In this document: positions 13,851-27,528 of the stretch, in pieces
Position numbering within the stretch: position 1 is the stretch's first letter
How the letters are laid out: each line of letters begins with the position of its first letter
Source: Octopus sinensis
Lineage: Eukaryota
DNA: 64,000 nucleotides
Reading direction: 5' to 3'
Assembly (NCBI RefSeq): GCF_006345805.1
Contig: NC_043002.1
Location: 120,094,001 to 120,158,000, forward strand
Made by a program: the position numbers and the translations under genes
Notes under the pieces: generated by a model
Seen by the model: the letters and a program-made list of their open reading frames with translations, nothing else
The model's database searches: none
What the model was told of the DNA's origin: nothing

Positions 13851-15459
13851 TGGGAATGAGGGTGGTCCAACTCTGATTATTATGCTTCAGCTCTATGTTA
13901 CTTTTCTCATCATGAATACATGCATTCCGATGGGAATTATGCTGTCTACATTCTAATTAGTGTAATTAGGGGGTTAAAACTACTGATCGGTTTATTTTTT
14001 TAATCTCACTTAGACCAATACATCAATGCTTCACATTTGCTCTCTGAACATTTTTGGCCCTCGTCCTGTCAGCTAATTCGTCACTTTGTCAACCAACACA
14101 CTGAACATACTTCCTAGTCAGTTAAAGTATCTCGCTTCTTTCAGCTTTCAATAACTATGAACTAAGACTATGTAATATGGTTCAAGTCACTAGTTCGCAG
14201 ATGAAAACTTTCAGTCCTCTGCATAATAATATAAGCGGTAGTATATGACTGCTTTGTCAAAACTATCCAAGAAAGCCCTACGAGTCTAACAATAAAGATA
14301 GACAATAAATTGGGTTCGCAAACAATGTCATCTTTACCATTTCCTAAATTTTCTTGGCTAACATAAATTAGTAACTGGCTTATGTACCAGTGTGGGAAAA
14401 TAGGATGAATGCTGTATTCATTTCGAAAGTATATATGGCCAATAGATTATTCACATAAGGTATGGGTGACATTGTATCCACCACAAGTCTTTAAAAATAG
14501 AATCAGTCATGTATTGCATTTCATAAGTCACTTGTTTTAGTTTCTGTTGATATAGATTTAATTTCAGAATCACAAGGTTTCTAAAAGATTTGATAGTGAC
14601 TTTCTAGAATCATTGCTTCCTTACTGCAATTATGTGTGTCATGGCAGCGTACTTATTTATAAATTAGTGGACATCAACTGACTTCAAATTTAATGTTTTG
14701 AAAGCAAGCAGTAGCAGCGATGTCAGGAAACGTCTAGAAGATTGCATAAGATGCAACAATTTGTTCTTCATCCTCAAATCATTATAGGGATAAGGAATTG
14801 CAGATAACCGGATACATTTGTAAACCACATATCTCAGACCGGAGCCGCCAACATACTGAATCTATGTCAGTCATTATGACTAATCTATTTTGTCTATTTT
14901 CTTTTGATAATTATAAAGTTGCTTAAAGTAGTGCTTGATTAACTTGTTTTCTCAGATAAATGTTGGATTTATTTTATTGAAAGGATCAAAGATTCTATAA
15001 TCTTAAGAACAGCAAAATAATCACATGAATATAGAAAAAATACATTTTTATTTATTGTTAAGTTTTTTGGTGGTATATAAAGAAAATTAGAAGTCAAATC
15101 GATGGCTCGCTATTTCAAACTCCACAACTTCTAAATTCCTATTTCTATATCTCCACTACTGTTACGAGTATCATTACTAGAACATCATAAAGCACCTTAA
15201 TTGTCTCTTACTGTTCTTTACCATCGTTTCATAATTTCGGAGTAAAATTACTAAATGTAAAGGAACACTTACTTTGACTACATCTTATAACTTAATTGAT
15301 ATATGCAAGGAGTTATATTTACAAATGTTTTGACTTCGTAAGTAAATTTTGCTTTTTAATCAATTACAAGATAACATATTTATTGTTTCTTTTCCTCTTT
15401 TAAATAAACCCAAATCAGACTAAATATCTGCGAGCTATGAAGAGAAAGGTACACGTTTA

Positions 15460-15470
15460 TACACACACAC

Positions 15471-15502
<32 letters not shown>

Positions 15503-15586
15503 ATACATACACAGACGCACGTATACTCTATATAGGTGTATATATATATGTTTACACACACATACACACACACACACACACATATA

Positions 15587-15669
<83 letters not shown>

Positions 15670-15685
15670 GTGCATGTGTGTGTTT
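15460..15685. repeat. Compound (TA)n/(CA)n microsatellite
   Basis: Read directly. Confidence 0.95.
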
Positions 15686-16834
15686 GAACTGTAGTTTGAA
15701 TGTTACATTTATTTTTTTCTTATTTCTACTAGAGTTAATGTTTGGAGCTAATAAATGAAAATCTATTGATTTTTGGTTCTTGTCGGCCAACAACGTTTTT
15801 TCGTTCCACAAAACTATAAGAAAGAAAGTGAATAGAAAACAGCAACGATCAAAATAAATAAAAATAACCGCAGTCCCTATATAAAAGATCGTCAATATAG
15901 TTAATCTTTGGAGAAGCTTGGATACTTCCAAATAGTAAAAAAAAAAAAAAAGTAGATACATGATGAAACTGAGGGATGTAGACTTTTCGTTCCCAAATGT
16001 GGGATAAATAAAAACAATGCCTCACTTATTAAGTGTATGAACTATTTAACATTTGTGAATTTGGGCAAACCTAAAAGTTGATCTTAGCCGTTTTGAATAC
16101 GTTTTGTCCTCAGCAAAAGACAAAGCGAAAATATAGGATACTTTCTTCCCTTTTATATAAATCAGTGGTAATATTAAATGAACAGCTATTATTCTTGCCT
16201 TCTAATATATTTAGAAATTATTCATTAATCAAAGCACGTGAAAAAATATCAGAAATAAACATTAAATGTCCTAGATAAACTTATTGTTTATGCGATTATA
16301 ATTTTTCAGACAGTTAACTATGTTTGGGGAAGTATGTTAAAAGTATTATGTGCAGACTAAATTTTGAACAGTTCGACCTCCAGTCGTCATCTAGATATTC
16401 ACATAGCGACGTACTAGATTCATATCTTCTATACAGTGATACATATTTATGCGTCAGTGCCATAGTGATACATGCATTTTTTATCTTTCGCTTTCAATGA
16501 TTCCAAATTTGAGTCAAGTCTGGTACTATTTATCAAGCAGGCTCTAATCATAGCAAGAATAAGAGTCCTTGGTTAGAGAAGAAACCAAGCAACTCGTTCG
16601 AGAAAATGTAACTATTTTAAAATATTCCATTTTCTAGAGATGATGAATAAAACTACAATCGTAGAGATAATAATGCCTTGTGTTCACGTTTCATCCAACA
16701 GAATCGTAATTGATATCATTTTAATAAGGAATGTGTGTGCTTCTTATCCACTTTTGACCTTATGTTCTTGAAAATTTTGGAAATTATAAAAGAATTTTAT
16801 CCTCGAACTTCTGTAATTTTTCTAACTTTTCTTG

Positions 16835-16938
16835 AATTGGTTTCTGGTGAAAGGATTGCTTCCAAGCAACATGGTTCTGAGTTCAGTCCCAGTGTGCTAT
16901 CTTGAGCAAGTATCTTCTACTATAGCCTTGGGTCTAAC
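16835..16938 (+). mobile_element. SINE family A head fragment, diverged
   Basis: CATGGTTCTGAGTTCAGTCCCA...CTTGAGCAAGTATCTTCTACTATAGCC matches the family A head. Confidence 0.7.
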
Positions 16939-18059
16939 ACATGCCGATGATAGCATTTATCGCAGGCACGTGAAGCTTATATTCTATTATCATGTTGTGT
17001 CATTATATTTACCACTATCGCTATTCTTATAAAATGTGAAGGCACAATACTCATATTATAATATCCTAGCTCTATGTGAAGCATAAAACTACATTGCTCT
17101 TCTTGTTGTTCTTATATGTTACAGAGGGAATAATTGAGATTATTTGACGTTTTTTACTTTACATAATTGAAATGGAAATGTGAAACCTACTTGTTTATTC
17201 GGTTCATTGAATGCTTCTATATTTTATATATAAGCTTAATTTCATTCGCCTTCAGACATTAGCGGATTGATGTTTATTCAATGTATCTGGATAATGATAA
17301 TTTTCCATGTATTGAGTTGAATGAAGAAACTACTTGAACTATCGAGGTCCTAACGAGGTCTATTTACAATAGATATTAGGTAAATAGATAACCTACATGA
17401 CGTAACTCTGTAGAGAAAACATTTACTTTGAAAGCGATTGCAAAAGATTTCCTATTTTTTACTTTGATACACAGGGTAAAATGGAACAAAATTATTACAA
17501 GCCAAATAAAATTTGCATCATTCGTGACGTAAACCTTTATAGGCATTTAATACCACATTTTTGAACAAAGTTTTGTTATCTTATTTCTTCGTGAATTACA
17601 GTATTTTCTATTAACAATTGGCAATTGAATCAAACTGCTGTTTTGTTTTATTTTCTAGAAAGCGAATAGCTGATGTTATAAGAGCAGGTCAATTGAAAAA
17701 GCAAATAATAGGATTAAGAGAAAGAACGAAGGTCGGCTGAAATAGGTCATAGGTTGAAAGGATTGTATAGTAAAATAATGATATCATGAAACCTTTAAAT
17801 ATATTGCCCTCTTAGTATAAATGCAGTCTACCAGCCATTTGACCTCCACATGATAAGTGATCACATGCTCCCTTTTGAAGGATCGATACTTCATAGCTAG
17901 CAATTGTGCTTCTTTCTAAATGAGCTAAAGATAGGAAATTCTACTGCTTAAAAGACAGAAAAAAAAGTCTGCCTTGAATAAGAATCCCAGGTGTGCAAAA
18001 TTCATATAAACCATTCTTTGTGTTTAATATTTTGTATCTGCTTATTTTCATATACATAC

Positions 18060-18077
18060 ATACGCACAGACAGACAG

Positions 18078-18109
<32 letters not shown>

Positions 18110-18118
18110 GTATCTACG

Positions 18119-18187
<69 letters not shown>

Positions 18188-18270
18188 TATGTATGTATAT
18201 CTATCTATCTATCTTTCTATCTCTATCTCTATCTGTATATATATGTATATATATATATATATATATACAT
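18060..18270. repeat. Compound (CA)/(TA)/(TCTA) microsatellite
   Basis: Read directly. Confidence 0.9.
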
Positions 18271-19394
18271 TATCTAGCCAATGAAATATGCAGTTTTTGC
18301 TTATACAATGCGTCCCGGTGGTGGGATTAGCTTTGTAATGGAAATTTCGCTGTATGTTTCCATGTTTCTGAAAAAGAGAAGTTAGAATTATAAAACAGTG
18401 ATTTGGCAGACTATATGTCTACTCAACACACATATACACACACACACACGAACACACACACATATATATATAAATATATACATAAACACAAACATGTATG
18501 CATCTATCGATATATATAAACACATGCACATATGCATCTTTCTCTATACATACACCTATCTCTATATATGCATCTATCGCTATACATACATATATGGATA
18601 TACTCATATTTCTACACACATGAATATGCATGTGTGTGGTGCGAGCGTATGTCTGTGTTTCCTTTCTTGTTGGTATCGAATATGCATTTAAGTGAATCAC
18701 TATGTAAGATATGAAATATTCAAAAAGGTCTAGATTTCTCTATACATGTAAAATGTTGCAAGATGAAAAAAATTAGAAATATAACCCCAGAAAACAAGTA
18801 ACGGTATATATCCATTCTCTCTTCTGACTAGATTATCGTACGCCATAGGTGGCTCGATATATCAATATGCGAAAGAAACATCCGTGTTTTATTCGTCAGC
18901 AATATCGAGTATGTCGAGCAACAAGACAGAAGCTGAAAATGATATGGACATTTACGGTTTAGTAAATATTGGAGAACTAACGGAGCCTACAATGTTTTTT
19001 CTACTTAATATATGGTAATAAGAGAAGTGATCTGAATGCATTGTATTATATAAAGTTCAATATTTCTCTACGTTATATTCTAATCCAATAATAGGTTTTA
19101 TCCACCTTGAGAAGATAATGTTCACAGCGGTAACATAGCATGATGGATAATATAAATAATACTTACAAATCCCTTAAACGCGTTTTGCGCATATTCTAAT
19201 ACAATTATTTATAGCAATAACCAGATGTTCTCTCTCATTATCAATGACCATTATTCTCTCTATCTCACTCTCTCTCTCATTCTCTCACTCTCTTTTGCTC
19301 TATCCTTTCTCACATTCTCTCAGTCTCTATTTATCTATCTAGCTAGCTAGCTAGCTATCTCTCACAAACACAGAAGCACACCTGCACATACCAC

Positions 19395-19427
19395 TACCAA
19401 ACAGACATTAATACATGTATATGTATG

Positions 19428-19487
<60 letters not shown>

Positions 19488-19548
19488 CACACATACATAC
19501 ATACATACATACATACATACATACATACATACATACATACATACATAC
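19395..19548. repeat. (TA)n-(CATA)n microsatellite
   Basis: Read directly. Confidence 0.9.
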
Positions 19549-20060
19549 AATATCTGTTTCAACACACGACTTCACATAAAAAATCTTGCACAACAAATAT
19601 GTAAACGTACTATATATATATATAGTTGACGTCATGAGAATTAATAATCTCCCAGAGAACATAATCCTTTCTTGGAGCAGTGAAACTCGAAGCAGATAAA
19701 GCTATAAAAGTAGCGTGTAATTACTTTAGCAATAGGCTTGATGAGCCTAACATTTCTGAGCGACTTTTACAGAACAGCATTTGCATGTGTATCATAAAAC
19801 CTTCACCCTTTTTGTCCTCTCCGAAGACACTTCTCCCTTTCATTCTTCGCTTTTACATTTCTTCTATATATTGTTCTTCCAATGAAGGAGAAACAACCGA
19901 TTGTTCAAGACACATGTTTCTTCTTCCCGTTTGTGTTATCTTTCATTTTGGGTGCATGCCATTCACTAGAACTATATATATTCATGCACGCTTACAAATA
20001 CACACATAAGATATATCTGTATGTATGTGCATGTGTGTTTCTGCGTTTATGCGCATGTAT

Positions 20061-20064
<4 letters not shown>

Positions 20065-20152
<88 letters not shown>

Positions 20153-20166
20153 GTATATATATATGA

Positions 20167-20231
<65 letters not shown>

Positions 20232-20240
20232 TATATATAT
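20065..20240. repeat. Long (TA)n microsatellite
   Basis: Read directly. Confidence 0.95.
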
Positions 20241-21294
20241 GAATCGACAGAAGACGTGACAAAGAGTGAATTGATTATATGGGAAAGTACTTACCATATA
20301 AATGTCTTATTATTATTGCTCTTCCCCTTGTGGCTAATAATACTTTTTTAAGCAAATTTTTTCCCACTTATTTACTCTGATTACAATTTTAAAGTATATC
20401 ATGTAATTTGAATAATGACTTTGTGAAAATTTCGGAACATTATTGTAAAACAATTTCCTCACTACTTTCATTGACGTTAATTGACATAATTATTAGAGTA
20501 ATTGCTAAAGTGTGGCTTTACTGGACAGCAACAATATTCCAGCACTGAGTATAGCATAGTATTGTTTCTGCTTAAGGTCAAAATAATTGAGTTGTGTTGT
20601 TTGTTATTTGTGCTTCAAAATAGCAATTCACAACAATATTCCTCACGACCCGAAACGATAACTGGAGAGACAATACTGAAACTAAGTTAATTTATTTACA
20701 TTGTCCTCAAGGGAAATCTATTAAAAGACACACACATATGTATCATTTATCGATGCATCTGTTTCTGCGTAAATTAAAATTTATTTAGTACTGATGAATC
20801 AAAATACTTTACAAGCTACAATTTAACAATGTCTTATGATCATTTTATCGCTATATTGTATTGTAAAATATCTAACACGTGAATTTCATTCATGAATTAT
20901 TTGTGCGATATCTAGTCGTTCATAATTGCTCGTTAAAGAGCTTAAACTGGAGGTGTTCAAGCGGTGACATTTTTCAAGTAGATCTTATTAAGGACAACAC
21001 TATGTATTAAGATTGATAGGGGTGGAATCTGAACACGTAAAAGCTAATTTCTTGGTTCGGACATAACTAAAAGCAGAAAAAATTGTAAAAATATAAAATG
21101 GAATGTTGTAAATAATCTCTCGTGATGTATTTTTATAAATGTTTCCCTCCTATCATTGATTCATTTTCTCCTTGCACTTAGATACAACTGTTGACCATTT
21201 GTAATTATGAAACGTAACTGATATCATACTAAATAGTAATATAATAACTGTAACATCAGTTTATAAGACACATCATTTCAGATTTATAAGGAAC

Positions 21295-21474
21295 TAGCAG
21301 TATCGCCCGGCGTTGCTCGGGTTTGTAAGGGAAATAACTATATAAGCATTTTTAGAGATGTAAAGTATAATAGCCATCTCAATATGACTAACCACAAAGG
21401 GGGGTGTTACTGTAGCATTTTACGTTCTGAGATTTAATAATACATTTTTAGAGAGTTACTTCCCTTATATAATA
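21295..21474 (+). mobile_element. Short non-autonomous Helitron/Helentron (HINE)-like element
   Basis: Starts ACTAGCAGTATCGCCCGGCGTTGCTCGGG (CTAG plus CCCG/CGGG hairpin); subterminal inverted repeat TAAGGGAAATAACT (21326-21339) / AGTTACTTCCCTTA (21454-21467); same start at 45274. Confidence 0.6.
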
Positions 21475-21839
21475 GCAAAAAATTCGGGCCTTGTGCCTAG
21501 AGTAGAAAATAATATAAACTTGGGATGTTCACTATATCTTTCTCAGTCGTATCACATGTATAAAAGGAGCGAATTGTCTTCCACCTAAAAGGGATTCTGG
21601 GTCAGTGAATTGGTTTATAAGTTGCATGCCAGAGAGGTACTTATATAAATATACACATTCACACAAAAGCACATATAAACACGCCTAATCCAAACACCCG
21701 TTTACTCTATACACATGGAATTATAACTATGCACAAACATTGACGTTTATTGTGTGTATCTATATGTGTGTGCGTGCATACAAACTTAAAGATTTAGTGA
21801 TATCATATAATACCTATATGTGTATATCCTTGTTAAATA

Positions 21840-21889
21840 ACAATAATAATAAATAATAATAATATAATAATAATAATAATAATAATAAC

Positions 21890-21981
<92 letters not shown>

Positions 21982-21985
21982 TAAT
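21840..21985. repeat. (AAT)n microsatellite
   Basis: Read directly. Confidence 0.95.
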
Positions 21986-22322
21986 AGTAGCCCGAGTGCA
22001 GAAGCAAGCACTGGCTCTCAAGGCTTCAGATCTTAATTGATTGAATGTGTTATGTTTTGTCTTAGCATAAAAGATGGGCTACAGCAAATATTCTTCTCAA
22101 TACAACAGACTTGCTTATCAGTTGTTTGACCTAAGCCAATTGAACATGTCCTGTGGTGGCTCACTATATGTATATCTCTGATAACGAGCAGAAGTAGTGG
22201 GGGAACATTATAGCCACGTGTTGGGGTTCGAATAATTCACTTCCAGAATCGCGGATGTTTCGTTCAACATCCTTAAACAATCCTTATTCAGGCACCTTTT
22301 AAGCGGGATGGGCTACTCGACC

Positions 22323-22715
22323 TTTTTTTTTTCTTTCATGTTTCAGTCATTTGACTGTGGCCATGCTGGAGCACCGCCTTTAGTCGAGCAAATCGACCCC
22401 AGCCCTTATTCTTTTGTAAGCCCAGTACTTATTCTATCGGTCTCTTTTGCCGAACCGCTAAGTGACGGGGATGTAAACACACCAGCATCGGTTGTCAAGC
22501 AATGCTAAGGGGACAAACACAGACACACAAACACACACACACACACATACATATATATATACATATATACGACAGGCTTCTTTCAGTTTCCGTCTACCAA
22601 ATCCGCTCACAAGGTCGGGGCTATAGCAGAAGACACTTGCCCAAGATGCCACGCAGTGGGACTGAACCCGGAACCATGTGGTTGGTTAGCAAGCTACTTA
22701 CCACACAGCCACTCC
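22323..22715 (-). mobile_element. SINE family A, small internal deletion
   Basis: Colinear with 52-471. Confidence 0.88.
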
Positions 22716-23914
22716 AACTGAGCCCTCTCTGCGAGATCATTCGCTGTTTATCTTGATATGAGATCACCATGTCGCGCACACATGGTCGTGATGTATGTGC
22801 CTGGTGTATCCTTATCAGAGGCTAGTCATGAAGGGTATACTGAGAAATTTTAACTCAGAACGTAATGTCACGTATTTTGCCCGGCATTCCAAATTATGCC
22901 AGCTCACCGCCTTAATAACAACAACAGCAACAACAACAAAAAGAATCACAACAATAAACGACAATAATAATACGGTTGATGAAGATGATGATGATGACAA
23001 CAAAATATCATGCCAGATAATTACACATGAATCTAAAATGCTTGGCATGAGATTTTGAACGAGAGGGACGAACGTTATATTTGCTTCACCGATTGTTTGT
23101 CATCGATATAAATAATAAAAACCAATCGTTTTTAGATTCAAACATTTTAGGTGATAATCACAGATATTCTGTCTTTCCTCTGTCTCATAAGATTTCAATA
23201 AACAAGTTTCACAAGAATCTGAAATAAGGAGAGGCTGGTTATTCTAATAGTGGAATTGGAAATGATGTCGCCCTGCGACTAAATTGATTATAGATCCCTA
23301 TGTATTATTACAATGTTTAATTGTGTCTTTGATTTATTTTCCTCTCAGAAATTCCTTAAATGCATCACGAAAATATCTAATCTGAAACACGCTAGGTATT
23401 AATTTTCATGGCGTTTTATCATCTGCACAGGGTGGTAGAAATTAATTTATTCTAACAAAATATTTCAATGAATACAAGAAAATGTCTTCAATCTCGATCT
23501 AACATTCTCTATACACTCCTCTATCTCATTTCTTTTCTAAAATTCTAGGTTATAAAAGCAGCGCAAGAACCGGAAAATTAAGTGGGACCTTGTAAATTGT
23601 TAAAATAATATAGAATTTTTTCGAAAATTCATGCTTCAGGGGTTGTTTCTCTATAACACAAACTTGTTTTTAGATTTTAAGGAATTTTTGGATTCTAAGG
23701 AATTTTTGGATTTTAAGGAATTAATACTCTTAATGACCGGCTTCTATTTCAAACGTTGCCATAGTTTAAATATATTTTTCTGAGTTTTAATGCGGATTTA
23801 GTTTTCATAGTCGTCAACTTTTCTTCTTTTCATCATTCCCAAACACGCACATTCACTGTCTATTTCTTCTCCTCATTTCTCTCTCTCTCTCTCTTTCCCT
23901 ATTTCTATCTCTCT

Positions 23915-23961
23915 GTCTATCTATCTCTACCTCTTTTTCTGTCTGTCCGTCTATCTATCTG

Positions 23962-24032
<71 letters not shown>

Positions 24033-24061
24033 GTCTATCTGTCTATCTGTCTGTCTATCTG

Positions 24062-24136
<75 letters not shown>

Positions 24137-24190
24137 GTCTATCTGTCTATCTGTCTGTCTATCTGTCTATCTATCTATCTGTATGTATGC

Positions 24191-24267
<77 letters not shown>

Positions 24268-24270
24268 CAT
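23915..24270. repeat. (TCTA)n/(TCTG)n array, left segment of the locus interrupted by the Tx1-like elements
   Basis: Read directly. Confidence 0.95.
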
Positions 24271-24864
24271 GTCTATCGTTAATATCGTCACGCCTCCTTC
24301 CTTCATACTTGTGGCTATGGCGAAAGAATGTATCAGGTGGACGCGCCTGAATGGATTAGAGACAAAACTTTCCTTCGTGTTCAATCTCTCATCAACTTCT
24401 TCAAGTATCACTTGAGGAGGAAAGTGAGAGTAGAGAGGCAAGTTTTAAAAAAAAGATGGGTGAATGTAGCAAGGATGGCAGTATGAATGATGAAGCCACC
24501 TTGACCATAATCCTATGAACCGTAAAAATTAATACAGAGAGTTGCCTATTTGTAAAAAGATATAACATGTGACGTCATTGACCGAGGTTACCGTGGTCTT
24601 TTCCGTAGGCTTTTCTTTCCACGGGTAAACATCACCTGCCCTCCCCTTTATACGTTATATTGACATTTCTGTGATAACGATCCCTATTGATCGATTTTTT
24701 CTTTTTCCTTTTATTCCCCCCACCTTTTCTTTTTGCTTTCCTCTTACCTTTTACGATCCCTTTTGATCGAAAACCAAACCCCCTTTTTTTATCCCCAAAA
24801 AGAAAAGCTCTACCTTGTAATTTGTCCCGTCTGTGTGCAGCCTTGTGTGGCTAATAAAGAAACA
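24271..24864 (+). mobile_element. 5'-truncated copy of the Tx1/L1-like LINE (ORF2 C-terminus plus 3' UTR)
   Basis: Aligns with 30671-31341 apart from two short deletions; same terminus GGCTAATAAAGAAACA followed by TATCTA. Confidence 0.92.
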
Positions 24865-24938
<74 letters not shown>

Positions 24939-24950
24939 GCTATCTATCTA

Positions 24951-24984
<34 letters not shown>

Positions 24985-25059
24985 GATCTATCTGTCATCT
25001 ATCTATCTATCTATCTATCTATCAATCTATCTGTCTGTCTATCTATCTATCGATCTATA

Positions 25060-25097
<38 letters not shown>

Positions 25098-25109
25098 TAT
25101 CTATCTATC
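24865..25109. repeat. (TCTA)n/(TCTG)n array between the two LINE copies
   Basis: Read directly. Confidence 0.95.
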
Positions 25110-25340
25110 CACCTATCTATTGGACAGACAGACGCAAGTCAAATGGGCTCCACGTAAGTTGGTATTTTTATACGTTCAAAAGTGTATATTGACAAATATT
25201 CTGTGTTTAAAAGTTGTGCAACAACATCCACTGCAAACCTTTGATAAATATCTACACAAAATTTTGCCCCTTGTGGGCAAAATTTAAAAGAAAAAATTCT
25301 CATAGCCTTCGTGGTTTCATTTAGCCATTTTATTTCCAAA

Positions 25341-27497
25341 ATGGCCACTGGTCACCACGAGGCTGAGGTGCAAGTCAAGCGTGACGCAGAAACAGAAAAA
25401 CAGGATGCTCTGTTAACATACGCCGAACCTGACAACAACACCACCACCTCCACCACCATCAACATCGACAACAGCAACAAATACAAAACAAAGGTCGCAA
25501 GGCCAAGCACCGTCAACACCATCAGTGAGTCCACCACCACCACCAACACCGACAACAACACCATGGCAGAATCTGCTACTAAAACTACTATCCCTACTAA
25601 AGACATCGCCACCAATAACAATACCAACACCACCATCACCGCCACCAAAGACCGTGCCGTCAATGCTACTAATACTACTAACACCACCGCCGTCACCAAG
25701 AACGACAATAACAACAACAACAACAACAACACACAATTCCCTTCAACCACTGCTCACTCCATCACCAACAAGTGAAAAAATAACGACGACAAGCAAACGA
25801 AATGCCGAAATTGCGCTAATGCAGGACTAAATTACGCAGGCAATTTTCCACCCCTTGCTAGTTGCATAATCAGCAACCACAAACCTACAAACCACACCCC
25901 TGCCATCAACACCACAACACCACCGGCAGTAACAACAATAACAAAATAACAACAAACTTCGCCGAGGCGATAAAAGAAAAGGTAACAAAAGTTTCGTTTA
26001 CTACACAACAGATTAAAGATTGCAGAAACCTTATTACAAATGAAAACGGAAAAATACTCTTACACATACCTCAGCACATACTGAATGAGGAGAAAAAAAA
26101 GACAATTGTATATAAAATCACAAATAAAAAAAACTAAAAGTCCAGAAAAGGCAAGCACAGACAAAGTCGAAAAGTGCTTACGCCCCATCTGGGGATACAA
26201 GGATTGTGTGACTTGGGCGAACAAGTTCGCACACGTACAGGTGGTTTTTCAGAATGAAGAGTTGGCGAAGAAATTCTCAACGATAACCCTTCATTCTGAT
26301 GAACTAACGTTGACACCGAGTTACCTCGGCCAGAAGGTGACGAAAGTCATTATCAGTGGTGTCCCCCAACTACAACACTGTGGATAGCATCCGCCTTAAC
26401 ATCCGAAATGGAGGACTTAAACATCCTAGATATCGGTGTTTCGGAAAACAAGGACTGGCTGGGAAAGAGAATAGAGTTCCTCTTCCACATAAGTCAAGAG
26501 GACATAAATAAAATCCCCACCCACGTACATCTTGAGGATGGCCGCAAGTTATACGTAGTAGTCGAGGGCAGAAGGCCACGATGCTATACATGTGGCAGTG
26601 AGGCACACCTCAAAAAGGAGTGCAAATCTGACGCAAAATTACAACAAACAACAACAGCCACAGGAAAAATCACAAAAGCCAGGATTATTGCCCCACCCAC
26701 AATATGGACAGCTAGTCAAGAAGCTGTATGCGGAAATGCAGGAAAAAACAACAAAGAACAAGCCAACCCAACCAAACAACACCAACACCAGCGCCAAGAA
26801 CAGAATCATCACCACCAACAACAAATAAACCAATTCCAACACCAAGAACCAGCAAAACCCAAAGGAACAGAAAACAAAGAAAACACACACAAACTGATCC
26901 CCCATCCCTTATACCGCACTCAACACACACAAGCACTCAACAACCAACAACAACGAAAACAACACACAACCACTTACACAGACATACATAGAAGCCCACA
27001 ACATACCCCTACCCACTTCTGATTCCTCAGAAATTTCGTCGGAAGACGAAACCAGTGAGGAATGGCAAATAGCTACAAAAAGAAGGAAAATAAAGAGCAG
27101 AAACACAACCAAACCAATGCAAACACGAACAAAGCAGGGGGAAATACATCTCCCGAAGACATTTCAAAACCCAACGCAAACAACAGCCACACCAACACCA
27201 CAAAAACATATACAGCAAACATGCTCACAGCCATAGACACCAAAAACACAAATTTGATGGAATACATCCAATCAAAAACAAACATAACAGAAGATGACAT
27301 AAAACAAACAATCACCCATACACAACACCACCAGACCACATCAAAATATTACACATCTCCAAAAGTCTGCACCACACCTCAAAGGCATTTTCCCCAGTGC
27401 GGTTGGTAAATGCCAAAAATATCTCACAAAGAAACTGTAACTGGGATCTTCTCGAGGACAAACCAACGGAGAGAAAGCAAAAACTTTCGAGCAGTAA
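25341..27497 (+). pseudogene. LINE ORF1 (gag-like nucleic-acid-binding protein), frameshifted as assembled
   Basis: ATG at 25341; T/N-rich N-terminus; VEGRRPRCYTCGSEAHLKKEC zinc knuckle (C-X2-C-X4-H-X4-C, 26582-26623); ends ...FEQ*, a frame supported by homology with the ORF1 end at 47.3-47.4 kb. Confidence 0.8.
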
Positions 27498-27528
27498 GTA
27501 ACCCTCTGTATTCTAATTCATTAGAACT

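Noticed and set aside
25352-25750. Very hydrophobic minus-strand ORF resembling a membrane protein (similar ones at 26639-27339)
   Set aside because: Antisense shadow of the A/C-rich, Thr/Asn-rich LINE ORF1.
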